From a virus: DNA of 64,000 nt. A model generated the notes under the pieces. That model was not told the origin of the DNA, did not search any database, and was given only the letters and a program-made list of their open reading frames with translations. The translations under genes and the position numbers were made by a program. The stretch spans positions 29,879 to 93,878 of the IMG/VR virus record IMGVR_UViG_3300010885_011343; one strand, written 5' to 3'. Shown here one piece after another: positions 9,783 through 21,776 of the stretch. Numbering within the stretch: the first letter of the stretch is position 1; every line of letters starts with the position of its first letter.

Positions 9783-12700
9783 ATGGCAACCAGACGAACT
9801 CTAGATTTTTTACCAACAGTATTCCAAACCGATACTAACAAAAAGTTTTTACAAGCTACACTGGACCAATTGGTCAGTGAACCAAATTTTGATAGAATTG
9901 ACGGATATGTTGGCAGACAGTTTGCACCAACTTACAAAGCTAATGATAGTTACATTAGCGAGGCCAATAAAGATCGCCAAAATTATCAACTTGAGCCCAG
10001 CGTATTAATCAAAGGCTCTTCTGGCGAAGCTACCTTTTACAGCAATTACAGCGATCTTGCTAATAAGATTTCATACTATGGTGGAGTTACCAACGACCAC
10101 CGTAGATTGTTTTCCAATGAATATTATACCTATACTGGTTTATTTGACTTAGACAAGTTTGTTAACTTTAGCCAGTATTACTGGTTGCCAAATGGACCTA
10201 GTCCTATTGCAATCAGCAGTAAGCCTGTGAGCAGTCAAGCTACGTTTACATTTACTAGAGACGAAGCTAACAATTCTTATACCGTGGCCGGACAGTCCTC
10301 GGGTAATCCTGAATTGGTTGTTGCACGTGGCGGTTTTTATAAATTTGTATTGAACCAACCAAACAGCCGTTTCTACATTCAAACCGAGCCTGGTGTATCG
10401 GGCGTTAAACGATTGGCGTTGAATACAAGTACCAGAGACATCTATGGCATTACAGCCAATGGAGTTGAGACTGGCACCATTGAATTTACTGTGCCATTGA
10501 ACAATGTGCAAGACCGCTGGTTAAAAATACCATTGGTTGAGAACGTTGATTATGCCACAGATGCACTCTATCAAGATCTTGTTGGCACTCCAGTTGACGA
10601 ATTTAAAATTGACGGAAGCAATATTGGGTTGAATGGCAAGAACGTTATTTTCTTAAATCCTGCAGACACTCACAAAGGTGTGTACAGAATAAGATTTGTC
10701 AACAATACAATTACATTTGATAAAATTAGAGATATTGATCCTGACAGTCGAGTATATGTTCGCTCGGGGCTAACATACAGCAACAACGAATATTATAAAA
10801 CAGAAAACAATCAATGGGAAGCAATTCCTAGTCTAACAGCACAACTTGATGTTTTATATTACCAAGATGCAACCAATCCAAATATGTTTGGAAAAATTAA
10901 AATCTTGGAAACGCCTGCCGAGCCATTGAATATAGATGAATTGGTCATTGGAAAAACACAGTACACTACACAAGATGGTATACAATTTACCAATGGATTG
11001 GTAGTTAAGTTTGATGATTCTGTTTTACCGGCCAAGTATCAAAATAAAACTTATATTGTTGAAGGCGTTGGCAGTAGCATTACATTAGTGGATTTTTCTT
11101 TACTGGTATTTCCTGAACCCAATGCACAAGTTAATACAGTTCCCTGGGATGCTGTGCCCTATAGCTCCGGTACATTAGATGAACCGTTCCGTGGTCCGGC
11201 AATACCAGATTACTTTACCAGCAATCGTGCCAGCATTGATTTAAACGCCTGGGCAAGACATAACCGTTGGTTCCACTCGGATGTAATTGAATTGAGTGCC
11301 AAAGCGAATGGGTCAACGCCGTTGTTTGACCAGGCAGTTCGTGCTCAACGTCCAATCATTGAAGCCGAACCTAATGTTCAACTGTTTCAATTTGGTCGAG
11401 TTGGCAAGCGTCCAGTAAACCACATTGATGTAACAACCACTGATGCATTTAATCAAGTACAACATAGTAAATCTCTTTTAGTCAATGGAGTACGACTAAA
11501 AGAATTTGATCGTATATTATTTGCCAACGATAAAGATCCATTGGTACGCAGTCAAATTTATACAGTACGTTACCAATTACAAAACGAACCCAGTTATCGT
11601 AGTGTTTATGATGGCACCGGCCGTGGAAGTATTACAAGACGCATTGACGGCCGCAATGATTATGTGGAAGTAATTGGCAGTGGCACAGACTTCACGTCGG
11701 AATTAGATGCTGGCAGTACACTATATGACGCAGAAGGCAACTACTTAGGTACAGTAACACAGGTTATGTCCAGTACTAGTTTGGGTCTAATAGACACACC
11801 CAATACGTTTACGGGAGTTAGTGTTTTCCAATATAGAAATCCCAAGATACAACTTACGCTCGGTGAGGCAGACGATGCTGTAGACAAGTTTGATTGCGTC
11901 GTTGCCATAGACGGCGAAAGCAAAGGAAAGACATATTGGTACAATGGAGACACCTGGCAATTAGCGCAACAAAAAAGTGAAACTAATCAAATTTTAAAAT
12001 TTGATGCTTTTGACAATACTGATACAAGTTTTGGATCGTATAACGGAACAAACTTTACAGGCACTAACATTTTTAGTTATAAGACTGGCTCGGGCAAAAT
12101 AGACGCAGTGCTAGGACAAGCATTGGCCTATGAAAACACAACAAATAACACTGCCGATTTAGTATTCGATAACAATTTTGATAACGATACATTTACCTAC
12201 GTTGACGGAACACAACTGCTGACTAAGTCCATCAATTCGGGATACATTAGACAAAACGTCAATGGAACTGAATTTGTTAAACGTAATGTTTGGGCAAAAG
12301 TTGTTGAGGATACTAAACAATATCAAATCTTTAGTAAAACTTATACTGGAAAAACCAATCACATTGAAATTGACGTGTTGCCAGAATCTGAATTAGAGGT
12401 TCCAACAACAAAAGTTTTTGTCAACAACAAGTTATTGGAAAGCAGCCAATACAGTTTTCAGAAAGTTGGAAAACGTAACACGGTAAAAGTTGTTGCTAGT
12501 AAATTAGCAGTTGATGATAAGATAGATGTTTTAATTTACAGTAAGTCTGCATCTAAACTTGGATATTATCAGGTACCGGCTAACCTTGAATACAATAGCC
12601 AGAATAAATCTTTTTCCAAGTTAACACTGGGACAAATTCGAAATCACTTGACTGCCACCGGACAAAATACAGATAAGGTGTCGGGATTGGTGCCTGGGCC

Positions 12701-15700
12701 AAGCAATCTTAGAGATTTAAATATTGCCAGACAGGGCGGCAATATTCTACAACACAGCGCCCCAACAATTTACGCCAGCTTATTTTTAATTGATAAGCAG
12801 GCCAATTATGTCAATGGCATTGAGTACGCACGTAGAGAATATACAAAATTTAAAAATAAATTCATTGAACTGGCCAGCACATTGCCTGGCTTGGATTTAG
12901 ATAATGCTGGCGCCAGTGTAGACATAATATTGTCTAATATCAACGCCATAAAAAATCCTAGCTTTAGTTGGCACTACAGCGATATGGTTCCATACGGCGA
13001 TTGCCGTATCCTGACATATAAAATTAAAGATACAAATAGCTATCAATTTAAAATTGATTCAATTTTCAATGACAAACAGATACAGAACAGAGCTGTCTTG
13101 GTTTATCTAAACAATCAACAGTTAATAAAAGACATTGACTATACATTTGATCAAACCCGTCCTGCAGTAATTTTAAATGAACGCTTCTATCTAACCAATG
13201 AAGATGTAATTGAAATTAGAGACTATAAAAACACCGACGGCTGCTACATACCAGAAACTCCAACCAAACTTGGATTACACCCTAAATTTAAACCAACGGT
13301 TTATCTAGACGACACGTACAGAGAAGCAGTGGAAGTTATTCAGGGACACGATGGAAGTTTAACTCCTGTGTTTGGCGACTACAGAGATAGTTTCCTACTG
13401 GAACTAGAGTTACGTATATACAACAACATCAAAATTGATTGCAAAGTTCACCCTACTAGATACAGCCCCGGCCAATTTAGAACAATTGATTACACTCCAC
13501 TGGAATGGAACAAAGTTTTAAACAGTAACTTTTTAAAGTGGGTGGGACAAAATAAATTAGACTTCATTGCCAATGATTGGTTTGATCCTAACGATCCATT
13601 TACCTATAACTACAGATACAGTAAAGATAGTCTTAGCAACCAAAATTTAAATGGGTACTGGAGAGGGATTTATCGTTACTTCTACGACACTGACAGGCCT
13701 CACATAGCACCTTGGGAAATGCTAGGATTTAGCGAGCAACCAACTTGGTGGGAAAACATATATGGTCCTGCACCATATACCAAATATAACACACAATTGT
13801 GGTCTGACCTTGAAAATGGCGTAGTTGCCAGCGGCACACTGGCCGGGATTGACTCTGCTTATATTAGGCCAGGATTAAGTAAAATTATCCCAGTGGATGA
13901 AAACGGTGGCTTACTGCATCCGTTGGCCATTGGTATTTCTACAGAATTTAATAGTGTACAAGCATCTAGTGGATATCAGATTGGTGACGGAGCGCCAATA
14001 GAAGCTGCCTGGCAGAGAACCAGCGAGTATCCGTATGCACTGCAACGTTCGTTGGCATTGACTCGCCCTGCCTGGTACTTTGGCACATTATTTGATGTCA
14101 ATGGTTATGCCAAAGATGCGGCATTAGATCAGTATACTGTTGCCAATACCAGTCGACGTGTTGCGCCCAAGGACATTGTAATCAACGGCGAAACAGTCAA
14201 CAATCAAATAACACGGGCCAGCGGATACATAAATTGGATCACTGATTATATGACCAGCTTGGGTCTGGACGCTCGCTCTAAACTTAGAAACAATTTAGAC
14301 AACCTAACAGTTGAGTTAAGCTACAGAGTTGGTGGATTTACCGATAAGAACTATATTACAGTTTTGGCTGAACAATATAGTCCAACCAGTACCAATGCCA
14401 GCGTAGTGGTACCAAACGAAAGCTATTCGTTAATTCTTAATAAGAATGTACCTAAAGAGCGTGTTGCCTATAGTGCCGTAATTATAGAAAAAACTAGCAC
14501 AGGCTTTGCTGTCAGCGGCTACAATCTTAACTATCCTTATTTTACAGTAGTGCCTAGTGACACTGCCGGAGAAAGTTATGCTATAACGCAAGACGGTCAA
14601 GCGGCAATGATCTATAAAGAATATAGAAAACAAAAGTTGGTAATTCCATATGGTCACGAGTTTACCACTAAACAACAAGTAGTTGACTTCTTGGTAAGCC
14701 ACCAACGCTACCTACTATCTCAGGGATTTATCTTTGATGAATTTGATGATACACTGGCTAAAACCAAAGATTGGGTATTGAGCGCATACGAATTTCTAGG
14801 TTGGACTATCCAGGGATGGAAGCCGGGTAGTATATTAATTTTAAGTCCAGTAAGTACAAAAATTAAACTAATAACAGCCGATGGTGTAGTTGATGAAATT
14901 ACCAATGAGAGTAATGGCACTAAAATATTAGATCCAAACTTCTCCGTAATACGTCCGGTAAACTTTACCAGTGTACGTGAACCTGATCTGTTTACATTGG
15001 ATACTATCAGTGGGCAAACTATTGCGTTCCTAGAGCTAGACATAGTTCAATACGAGCACGTATTGCGCTTTGACAACAGTACAGTTTTCAATGATATCAT
15101 TTATCAACCTGAGTCAGGTAGCCGACAATTTAGATTAAAGATAGTTGGAAGCAAAACTGCCAATTGGACAGGAGCATTAAATCCTCCTGGATTTATATAC
15201 AACAATCCAACGGTGCCCGAATGGAGACCAGGCAAAGATTATCTCAAAGGTGACATTGTTACATATAAGAGCCAATACTATACTGCGGCACAAAAGATCT
15301 CTGCACAAACAACTTTTGTACAAAGTTATTGGAAACAAATTGAAAAGACACAGATTAAAACAGGGTTGTTGTCTAACTTTGCCAACAATGCTGGAAAATT
15401 TGTTGACGTCTATGATCCAGACAGTAGTCTACTAGATCATCAAATGGCACGTATGAGTGCCGGATTAATAGGATTCCGTCAGAGAGCATATCTTGATGAC
15501 TTTTATCTCGACACAACTACGCAATCTAAATTCTATCAAGGGTTTATTAAACAAAAAGGTACTAAGCAGGCCATTGATGCAATGCTTGGCGCACAATTTG
15601 GCGATTTACAAAACAACATACAGTTGCACGAAGAATGGGGTGTGCGGGTTGGAGAATACGGTGCATTATCCAGCAACCAAACAGTTGAAATTGTATTAAA

Positions 15701-18700
15701 AGAATCAGAGATTAAAAATAATCCCACAGGCATTACCATTGAAGAAACACCTGTTGAGGCACTAATCAATGTAACGGATAAGCAACTATGGTCCAGACCC
15801 CTTGACACCAAACCTATACGGTTTTTAAATCGTGTATCCAACGATAGGCAAGAAAATGATTTACAAACTGCTGGCTATGTTAACATAAATGATGTTGACG
15901 CTACATTGTTTAGTTCTGGCAATTATCAATTGCTCACACCAACTACAAAAAACGTTGGCAGCGGTTACATAGTTTGGGTGGCTAAAGATCATAATAAAGA
16001 GTGGAATGTTTATCGTGCCACAGAAACAGATGCCTCTGTATTAAGCATTGAATACAGCTTGGATCAAGCAGGCAAAGTAACCACCAAGAATCCACATAAG
16101 TTAGAAGCTAACCAGACTGTGGTAATTAGAAACTTAAACAATGACTACGACGGATTTTATATTATAAAGAGCGTTTTAGATAGACGCTCGTTTACCATTG
16201 GCTTAACTGAAGAAAAATCTAAAGCACTAAAACAAAATCCAGTAACTGGCGCCGGTATCCTATTCGTACTTGACAGCGTAAGATTTACTTACCCTGGATT
16301 GGTTAATGATTACACTCCGCCGCACGGTTGGAAAGACGGAGATATGGTCTGGGTAGACAATGCCGATGGTATGAACCGTTGGGCCGTTTATGAAAAAGAC
16401 AGTCGCTGGCACTACATAGAACCAGAAGCTATTACTTTGGGCAGTTACAAACCGGGTGGTAATTATGGTACAAATGTCAGAATTGATGACAACAATAGAT
16501 TTGTTATAGTTAGCTCACCTGGCGCGGCACAAGCAGCCGGTAGACTACACGTATTTGATTATTACTACGGACAAAAAGAACGTGCAGTATTAAGCGGTGG
16601 TATTGAAGACACTGAAACATTGGGTACAAGTCTAGACATTGCACAGAACATTATTGTTGCTGGCGCCCCAGATAGCAGAGTTCAAACTGGGTTAGTAATG
16701 ATTTACGCTTTCAGCGAAGATTTATATTTTGAGCCAGTGCAGGTATTAACATCTCCGGGTACAGGGGAAAATCCTGTGGCCACAGAACAAAACCTATTAG
16801 GCACACAAGTTGGCGCACGTTATGGTTTCAGTTTGGCACAGAGCAGAGATTCTAATATTCTTTACGTTGGCAGCCCTGGCACCAATGAAGTTTTCATATA
16901 TGCATATCACAGTGAAATTGAAACAAGATTTGATAGATTTAGTTTAGCCCAAGCGGCTACGGGGTGTACTTTACCCTACGAACTCAATGACGAGCGCAGT
17001 ATAGCAGTATATCTACACGGTATTAAGCCAACTGCTGGTCAGTCCAACATTGGGCACAAGTTGTTAATACTAGGCGAAGATTATTCTGTTGTTGACAATA
17101 CGGTGGTGTTTATGAGTCCACTAGTCACAGAAGACTACGACTCCTTTGTATTAGAAGACAATGAAGAAATATACTTTGGCAGCGAAGATTCTACCGGCAG
17201 TAGAGGGTATATTGTAATTCGTCGTCGTGGCTATTATGAATATGCTGGAAAAATTGCCGGTAATACCAATAGTAAATTTGGATACAGTGTTGCTACAGGC
17301 AACACCGGGGCATACGTAGTTATTGGCGCACCCGATCAAACCATAGATAATATTCCGTATGCTGGTCAAGCTAGCATATACGCCACACGCATTAAGTGGA
17401 TCGAGTCTAATGGCGTAATGAGACCCGATGCAGAATATGCCCTAGTAGAAAAGCTCACAGCAGAAACACCAACCTACAAAGCAAACTTTGGATATAGCGT
17501 TGAGATGGGAGTCACTGACTCTGTTGTTTTTGTTGGTGCTCCGGGATTCGCTACAGCAGCCTATGACGGAGGCACTGTATATAGATATATAAACTACGGA
17601 AAAGAATTTGGTACAATAGTTGGATCTGTCATTGACCCGGTTGTAGCAGCCGGGGATCTGATGGTTATCAACGAAATAGATGTACTCTTTACTGGCGGCG
17701 ATTTAACTAAGATTATTAAAGATATTAACAATAAAAAAATAATTGGAGTTCAAGCATCTGCCACTGCCGATCGTCGATTGGTAATAAGTTCCATATTGCA
17801 AGCCAGTAACAATAAGCTAAACATTATTCCAACAGGTAATATTGTTGTCAAACTGGGAATTAAAATATTTGAAACTACACAAAAAATTAAGAGACCATCA
17901 ACCACCGAAGGTGATAATTTTGGATCTCTTGTACGAGTAGACAATAGCGGAAAGACTTTAACAATTTCCAGTAGAACTGGTACAATCTACGATTATGCCA
18001 CATACGACAACGAACAAACTACCTATGATGGAAATATAACTAGGTTTGTTGAAATAGTAAAAGGCAGCGGTGCTGTCTATATGTACAACTTGTTTGACAA
18101 TCCAAACGATGCACCGGATCCATACGGTAATTATGTATTTGGTGAGGAATTTAATGCGCCAGGAGTTGCACTTGGTGACAGGTTTGGTATTGGAGTAGAT
18201 TTTAACAATAGTCAATTGTGGATTGGTGCTGCCTTCAATGACACCAAGGGCCAGAATGCAGGACAAGTCTACAAATATACAAACGAATCAGGCAACCCAA
18301 GTTGGTATAAAAAACGTGCCAAGTCTAAGAATGTAGACGTCAGTGGTATTAACGGAATTAGCCTTTATAAGAAAACCACAGGCGAATTTATAACCAGCTT
18401 GGATTATATAGATCCGGTCAAAGGAAAGAACCTGGGCATTGCTGAACAAGACATTAGTTACAAAACCAGCAGAGACCCAGCAGTATACAACAACGGTTCT
18501 AAAGATATTGATTTCTACTGGAGTACACAGCAAGTTGGAGAAACCTGGTGGAATTTAGATCGTCTTCGATATATTGACTACGAACAGGAAGAATTATCCT
18601 ACAGATTAAACAACTGGGGCCGTTTGTTTACAGGCAGCAAAGTAGAAGTCTATCAATGGATTGAAAGTGGTTACTTACCTAGCGAATATGTGGCCAATGG

Positions 18701-21700
18701 GCAGCCTGGGACTCCGCTAGCAGAAGACAATTCTTCTTATACAATGACTACCTACGTTGATGTAGACACAGGTATTATCAAAACTCGCTACTATTACTGG
18801 GTCCGCGGAATCAGCACAGTACCAGTAAATTCTAGTAGAAAATTAAGTGCATTGGCCTTAGAGAATGTGCTGTTGAACCCACTGGCACAAAACTTGCCAT
18901 ATGCCGCTATCTTAGATGATCATAGTATTGGTATTTTTAATTGCGTTGGTTACTTAAACAGCAACGACACTATTTTGAGAATTGATTACGATAAAGAATT
19001 AAACAATAATTTAATTCATAGCGAATACGAATTAATTCAAGAGAACAACCCGGATAGTGATCTGCCAGACCGTATATACAACAAACTAGTAGACAGTATC
19101 AGTGGCAGAGATAAAGAAAGACAGCGGGTACCAGACGTTAAACTACGCCCTAGTCAACAAGTTGGCTTAGAGTTGCGCCCCCGTCAAACCATTGTTTTAA
19201 ACAGATATGCCGCGCTAAAGAATCTAGTAGAATATTGCAATCGTGTTTTTGCAGAAAAGACTATCGCTTACAAATTACAAAACAGCAAACCTTTTGTAAA
19301 CAACTATTTCTTCCAAAAGGATCCGTTGCCCAGTAACGCTCATTATGATTACCTGGTAGAGAATCTGACAGAGCGTGATTATGTAAAAACAGATGAAGGT
19401 ATTCGGGTCTGTGTTAAGCACGACAGCAACTTCTTAGGTCTGTGGACAATATACGAATACACTGATGGCGCTTATAAAGTAATTAAAAACCAAACGTTTG
19501 ATACAACAATGGTTTGGGACTATGTAAATTGGTATGCCATTGACTTTGATTCTAATACAAAAATAACGTACACTGTTGATTATGCTAAAGATTTAGAAAA
19601 GTTATATTTAAAAGCAGGTGACATTGTTAAAATAACCAATGGTAGCAATGGTTACGAAATCTATCGCTATACCAGCAGTGATACCAGCGACTTGGTAGCA
19701 GTGGAAAACGGTACCGTTGCGCTAAGTTCTAAGCTATGGGACATTGAAGCCAATGATGTTGGATTTGACAGTAACGGTTTAGACAGCGTCGAGTTTGACC
19801 TGGACTACAGCACAGAAATTAGAAACGTCATCAACGGATTGCGAGAAACAATTTTTGTTGACGATCTAATAGACCATAGAAATAAAGTACTATTCTCTTT
19901 AATTAATTATATCTATAGCGAACAGAAACAGGTTGATTGGATTTTTAAAACTAGTTTTGTTAGTGTTACGCACCAAATTAAACAATTAGATCAGTATCCA
20001 AACTTTAGTAAAGACAATCAAACCTATTACGAAGATTATATCAAAGAAGTTAAGCCTTACAGAACTAAGTTACGTGATTACAGATTGAAATATACTGGCA
20101 CCGATACTGCCACCCTGAACGTTACAGACTTTGACATACCAGGACACTGGGATTCTGAACTTGGCCGCTTCCGTAGTCCCAGTGGAGAGATACCTGAAAA
20201 GGACTCAAAACTTTGGTTGAAGCCTGAATATCAGGATTGGGCCAACAACTTTACATATGGCATTGAAACAATCACAATGTCCAGCACCGGTATAGGATAC
20301 AATCAGCCTCCGGTGATTACCATTGTTTCCAATGGTGACAAAGGAGCGGGCGCAGTAGCAGAAGCAGTATTAGATTCAACCACCGGTGCAATAATTAAAA
20401 TTAACGTTGTTAAGTCGGGTCAGGGATATAAAAATACCCCGTTGATAGTTATCAGTGGTGATGGCGCCGGGGCAGTGGCAGTGGCAACATTGGCCAATAA
20501 CAAAATTCGTAGTATTAAAACTACATTGAAATTTGATAGAACGTCTTACACTACATCTGTTCGCGAGTGGGTACCTTTTGCTATGTTTGGCATTGGTGAC
20601 TTGGTTGCATACAAGGGTGTTGGATACAAAGCTATATCCAATGTACCATCATTGGATAAATTTGATCCTAAGTATTTTGTTACAGTCAAGGACACAGAGC
20701 TGGTTAATGCCAATGATAGAATTGCTGTAAAATACCAACCTACTTCTTATCAGATTCAACGAGATGTAAAAATTGACGGATCAATTGACTTAACTAGACT
20801 TATCCCCGGCACAGTATACGATGCACACAAAATTGACAGTACCATAGCTGTTAAGTCAGACACTGACTTTGACGTAATATTAGCTGAAAATAGTAATGAA
20901 ATTCAACTTGGATTTGATACAAACATATCCGGTGGTGCTTTTTACGATGAAGAAAAATCATATGCTCCTGAAGAATTAGTGCCAGGGGTAATGTACGATC
21001 ATTTGGCTATGACGGTGATTACTGATATCACAGTTGATTCTCAAACATCTCAGGTTGCCTATAGAATTAGCAAAGATATAAACAACAATGTTGATTACGA
21101 AGCTGTTGCCGGAATAGCAAGCACAACACTGGCACAAGATCTAGCCTGGGACGATACAAAAATATATGTAACAAGTTTAGATGGGTTAAGTGTTCCTAAT
21201 CCAAGTAAAGGCAAGCCTTGTTATGTTTATGTCAATGGCGAAAAAATTAGTTATTACCAAATTGATCAGCAAGAGAACTATTTGCACCAAATTCGGCGCG
21301 GCATAGGCGGCACAGGAACACCACTGGTACACCAAGCGGATTCTAAGTTGTACAATGCCAGCTCGGATTTACGAATCCCAAATGTCATTGAAGATAAAAA
21401 AGACAACTACAAGTTTAATTCTAGCGACGCTAGATACACACCGTCTTTTACAGTCTTGAACAATCAAGATTTTGTAACCCGTGCGCTAACATTGTTTATC
21501 TCAGAAAACCAGCTGACTTACGGCAAAGACTACATTATTACATTAACTCCTAAGCCAAATACAACACAAGCTACCGCAAATGTTGTTTTTACAGACTCTG
21601 CTAAACAGCGATATGTTGAGGGACTGATCATTCGTGCTGTGTACACAGAGCACACAATATGGTTGAATCCGGGCATAAATTCGGTTACTGACGGCACAGG

Positions 21701-21758
21701 ACTAGACGGTAGTACCACCGATACAGCTGAGTTTATTAAGGGATTTTCCTACTTTTAA
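9783..21758 (+). CDS. Giant (3,991 aa) baseplate wedge/tail protein with FG-GAP beta-propeller repeats
   Basis: Follows gp6 in the gp7-like position. Has repeated FGYSV...VVIGAP...AGQ motifs, YIKEVKPYRTK near the C-terminus and GxGY..P.I repeats. Confidence 0.7.
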   Translation: MATRRTLDFLPTVFQTDTNKKFLQATLDQLVSEPNFDRIDGYVGRQFAPTYKANDSYISEANKDRQNYQLEPSVLIKGSSGEATFYSNYSDLANKISYYGGVTNDHRRLFSNEYYTYTGLFDLDKFVNFSQYYWLPNGPSPIAISSKPVSSQATFTFTRDEANNSYTVAGQSSGNPELVVARGGFYKFVLNQPNSRFYIQTEPGVSGVKRLALNTSTRDIYGITANGVETGTIEFTVPLNNVQDRWLKIPLVENVDYATDALYQDLVGTPVDEFKIDGSNIGLNGKNVIFLNPADTHKGVYRIRFVNNTITFDKIRDIDPDSRVYVRSGLTYSNNEYYKTENNQWEAIPSLTAQLDVLYYQDATNPNMFGKIKILETPAEPLNIDELVIGKTQYTTQDGIQFTNGLVVKFDDSVLPAKYQNKTYIVEGVGSSITLVDFSLLVFPEPNAQVNTVPWDAVPYSSGTLDEPFRGPAIPDYFTSNRASIDLNAWARHNRWFHSDVIELSAKANGSTPLFDQAVRAQRPIIEAEPNVQLFQFGRVGKRPVNHIDVTTTDAFNQVQHSKSLLVNGVRLKEFDRILFANDKDPLVRSQIYTVRYQLQNEPSYRSVYDGTGRGSITRRIDGRNDYVEVIGSGTDFTSELDAGSTLYDAEGNYLGTVTQVMSSTSLGLIDTPNTFTGVSVFQYRNPKIQLTLGEADDAVDKFDCVVAIDGESKGKTYWYNGDTWQLAQQKSETNQILKFDAFDNTDTSFGSYNGTNFTGTNIFSYKTGSGKIDAVLGQALAYENTTNNTADLVFDNNFDNDTFTYVDGTQLLTKSINSGYIRQNVNGTEFVKRNVWAKVVEDTKQYQIFSKTYTGKTNHIEIDVLPESELEVPTTKVFVNNKLLESSQYSFQKVGKRNTVKVVASKLAVDDKIDVLIYSKSASKLGYYQVPANLEYNSQNKSFSKLTLGQIRNHLTATGQNTDKVSGLVPGPSNLRDLNIARQGGNILQHSAPTIYASLFLIDKQANYVNGIEYARREYTKFKNKFIELASTLPGLDLDNAGASVDIILSNINAIKNPSFSWHYSDMVPYGDCRILTYKIKDTNSYQFKIDSIFNDKQIQNRAVLVYLNNQQLIKDIDYTFDQTRPAVILNERFYLTNEDVIEIRDYKNTDGCYIPETPTKLGLHPKFKPTVYLDDTYREAVEVIQGHDGSLTPVFGDYRDSFLLELELRIYNNIKIDCKVHPTRYSPGQFRTIDYTPLEWNKVLNSNFLKWVGQNKLDFIANDWFDPNDPFTYNYRYSKDSLSNQNLNGYWRGIYRYFYDTDRPHIAPWEMLGFSEQPTWWENIYGPAPYTKYNTQLWSDLENGVVASGTLAGIDSAYIRPGLSKIIPVDENGGLLHPLAIGISTEFNSVQASSGYQIGDGAPIEAAWQRTSEYPYALQRSLALTRPAWYFGTLFDVNGYAKDAALDQYTVANTSRRVAPKDIVINGETVNNQITRASGYINWITDYMTSLGLDARSKLRNNLDNLTVELSYRVGGFTDKNYITVLAEQYSPTSTNASVVVPNESYSLILNKNVPKERVAYSAVIIEKTSTGFAVSGYNLNYPYFTVVPSDTAGESYAITQDGQAAMIYKEYRKQKLVIPYGHEFTTKQQVVDFLVSHQRYLLSQGFIFDEFDDTLAKTKDWVLSAYEFLGWTIQGWKPGSILILSPVSTKIKLITADGVVDEITNESNGTKILDPNFSVIRPVNFTSVREPDLFTLDTISGQTIAFLELDIVQYEHVLRFDNSTVFNDIIYQPESGSRQFRLKIVGSKTANWTGALNPPGFIYNNPTVPEWRPGKDYLKGDIVTYKSQYYTAAQKISAQTTFVQSYWKQIEKTQIKTGLLSNFANNAGKFVDVYDPDSSLLDHQMARMSAGLIGFRQRAYLDDFYLDTTTQSKFYQGFIKQKGTKQAIDAMLGAQFGDLQNNIQLHEEWGVRVGEYGALSSNQTVEIVLKESEIKNNPTGITIEETPVEALINVTDKQLWSRPLDTKPIRFLNRVSNDRQENDLQTAGYVNINDVDATLFSSGNYQLLTPTTKNVGSGYIVWVAKDHNKEWNVYRATETDASVLSIEYSLDQAGKVTTKNPHKLEANQTVVIRNLNNDYDGFYIIKSVLDRRSFTIGLTEEKSKALKQNPVTGAGILFVLDSVRFTYPGLVNDYTPPHGWKDGDMVWVDNADGMNRWAVYEKDSRWHYIEPEAITLGSYKPGGNYGTNVRIDDNNRFVIVSSPGAAQAAGRLHVFDYYYGQKERAVLSGGIEDTETLGTSLDIAQNIIVAGAPDSRVQTGLVMIYAFSEDLYFEPVQVLTSPGTGENPVATEQNLLGTQVGARYGFSLAQSRDSNILYVGSPGTNEVFIYAYHSEIETRFDRFSLAQAATGCTLPYELNDERSIAVYLHGIKPTAGQSNIGHKLLILGEDYSVVDNTVVFMSPLVTEDYDSFVLEDNEEIYFGSEDSTGSRGYIVIRRRGYYEYAGKIAGNTNSKFGYSVATGNTGAYVVIGAPDQTIDNIPYAGQASIYATRIKWIESNGVMRPDAEYALVEKLTAETPTYKANFGYSVEMGVTDSVVFVGAPGFATAAYDGGTVYRYINYGKEFGTIVGSVIDPVVAAGDLMVINEIDVLFTGGDLTKIIKDINNKKIIGVQASATADRRLVISSILQASNNKLNIIPTGNIVVKLGIKIFETTQKIKRPSTTEGDNFGSLVRVDNSGKTLTISSRTGTIYDYATYDNEQTTYDGNITRFVEIVKGSGAVYMYNLFDNPNDAPDPYGNYVFGEEFNAPGVALGDRFGIGVDFNNSQLWIGAAFNDTKGQNAGQVYKYTNESGNPSWYKKRAKSKNVDVSGINGISLYKKTTGEFITSLDYIDPVKGKNLGIAEQDISYKTSRDPAVYNNGSKDIDFYWSTQQVGETWWNLDRLRYIDYEQEELSYRLNNWGRLFTGSKVEVYQWIESGYLPSEYVANGQPGTPLAEDNSSYTMTTYVDVDTGIIKTRYYYWVRGISTVPVNSSRKLSALALENVLLNPLAQNLPYAAILDDHSIGIFNCVGYLNSNDTILRIDYDKELNNNLIHSEYELIQENNPDSDLPDRIYNKLVDSISGRDKERQRVPDVKLRPSQQVGLELRPRQTIVLNRYAALKNLVEYCNRVFAEKTIAYKLQNSKPFVNNYFFQKDPLPSNAHYDYLVENLTERDYVKTDEGIRVCVKHDSNFLGLWTIYEYTDGAYKVIKNQTFDTTMVWDYVNWYAIDFDSNTKITYTVDYAKDLEKLYLKAGDIVKITNGSNGYEIYRYTSSDTSDLVAVENGTVALSSKLWDIEANDVGFDSNGLDSVEFDLDYSTEIRNVINGLRETIFVDDLIDHRNKVLFSLINYIYSEQKQVDWIFKTSFVSVTHQIKQLDQYPNFSKDNQTYYEDYIKEVKPYRTKLRDYRLKYTGTDTATLNVTDFDIPGHWDSELGRFRSPSGEIPEKDSKLWLKPEYQDWANNFTYGIETITMSSTGIGYNQPPVITIVSNGDKGAGAVAEAVLDSTTGAIIKINVVKSGQGYKNTPLIVISGDGAGAVAVATLANNKIRSIKTTLKFDRTSYTTSVREWVPFAMFGIGDLVAYKGVGYKAISNVPSLDKFDPKYFVTVKDTELVNANDRIAVKYQPTSYQIQRDVKIDGSIDLTRLIPGTVYDAHKIDSTIAVKSDTDFDVILAENSNEIQLGFDTNISGGAFYDEEKSYAPEELVPGVMYDHLAMTVITDITVDSQTSQVAYRISKDINNNVDYEAVAGIASTTLAQDLAWDDTKIYVTSLDGLSVPNPSKGKPCYVYVNGEKISYYQIDQQENYLHQIRRGIGGTGTPLVHQADSKLYNASSDLRIPNVIEDKKDNYKFNSSDARYTPSFTVLNNQDFVTRALTLFISENQLTYGKDYIITLTPKPNTTQATANVVFTDSAKQRYVEGLIIRAVYTEHTIWLNPGINSVTDGTGLDGSTTDTAEFIKGFSYF

Positions 21759-21776
21759 GACGTGATAAATAATACT

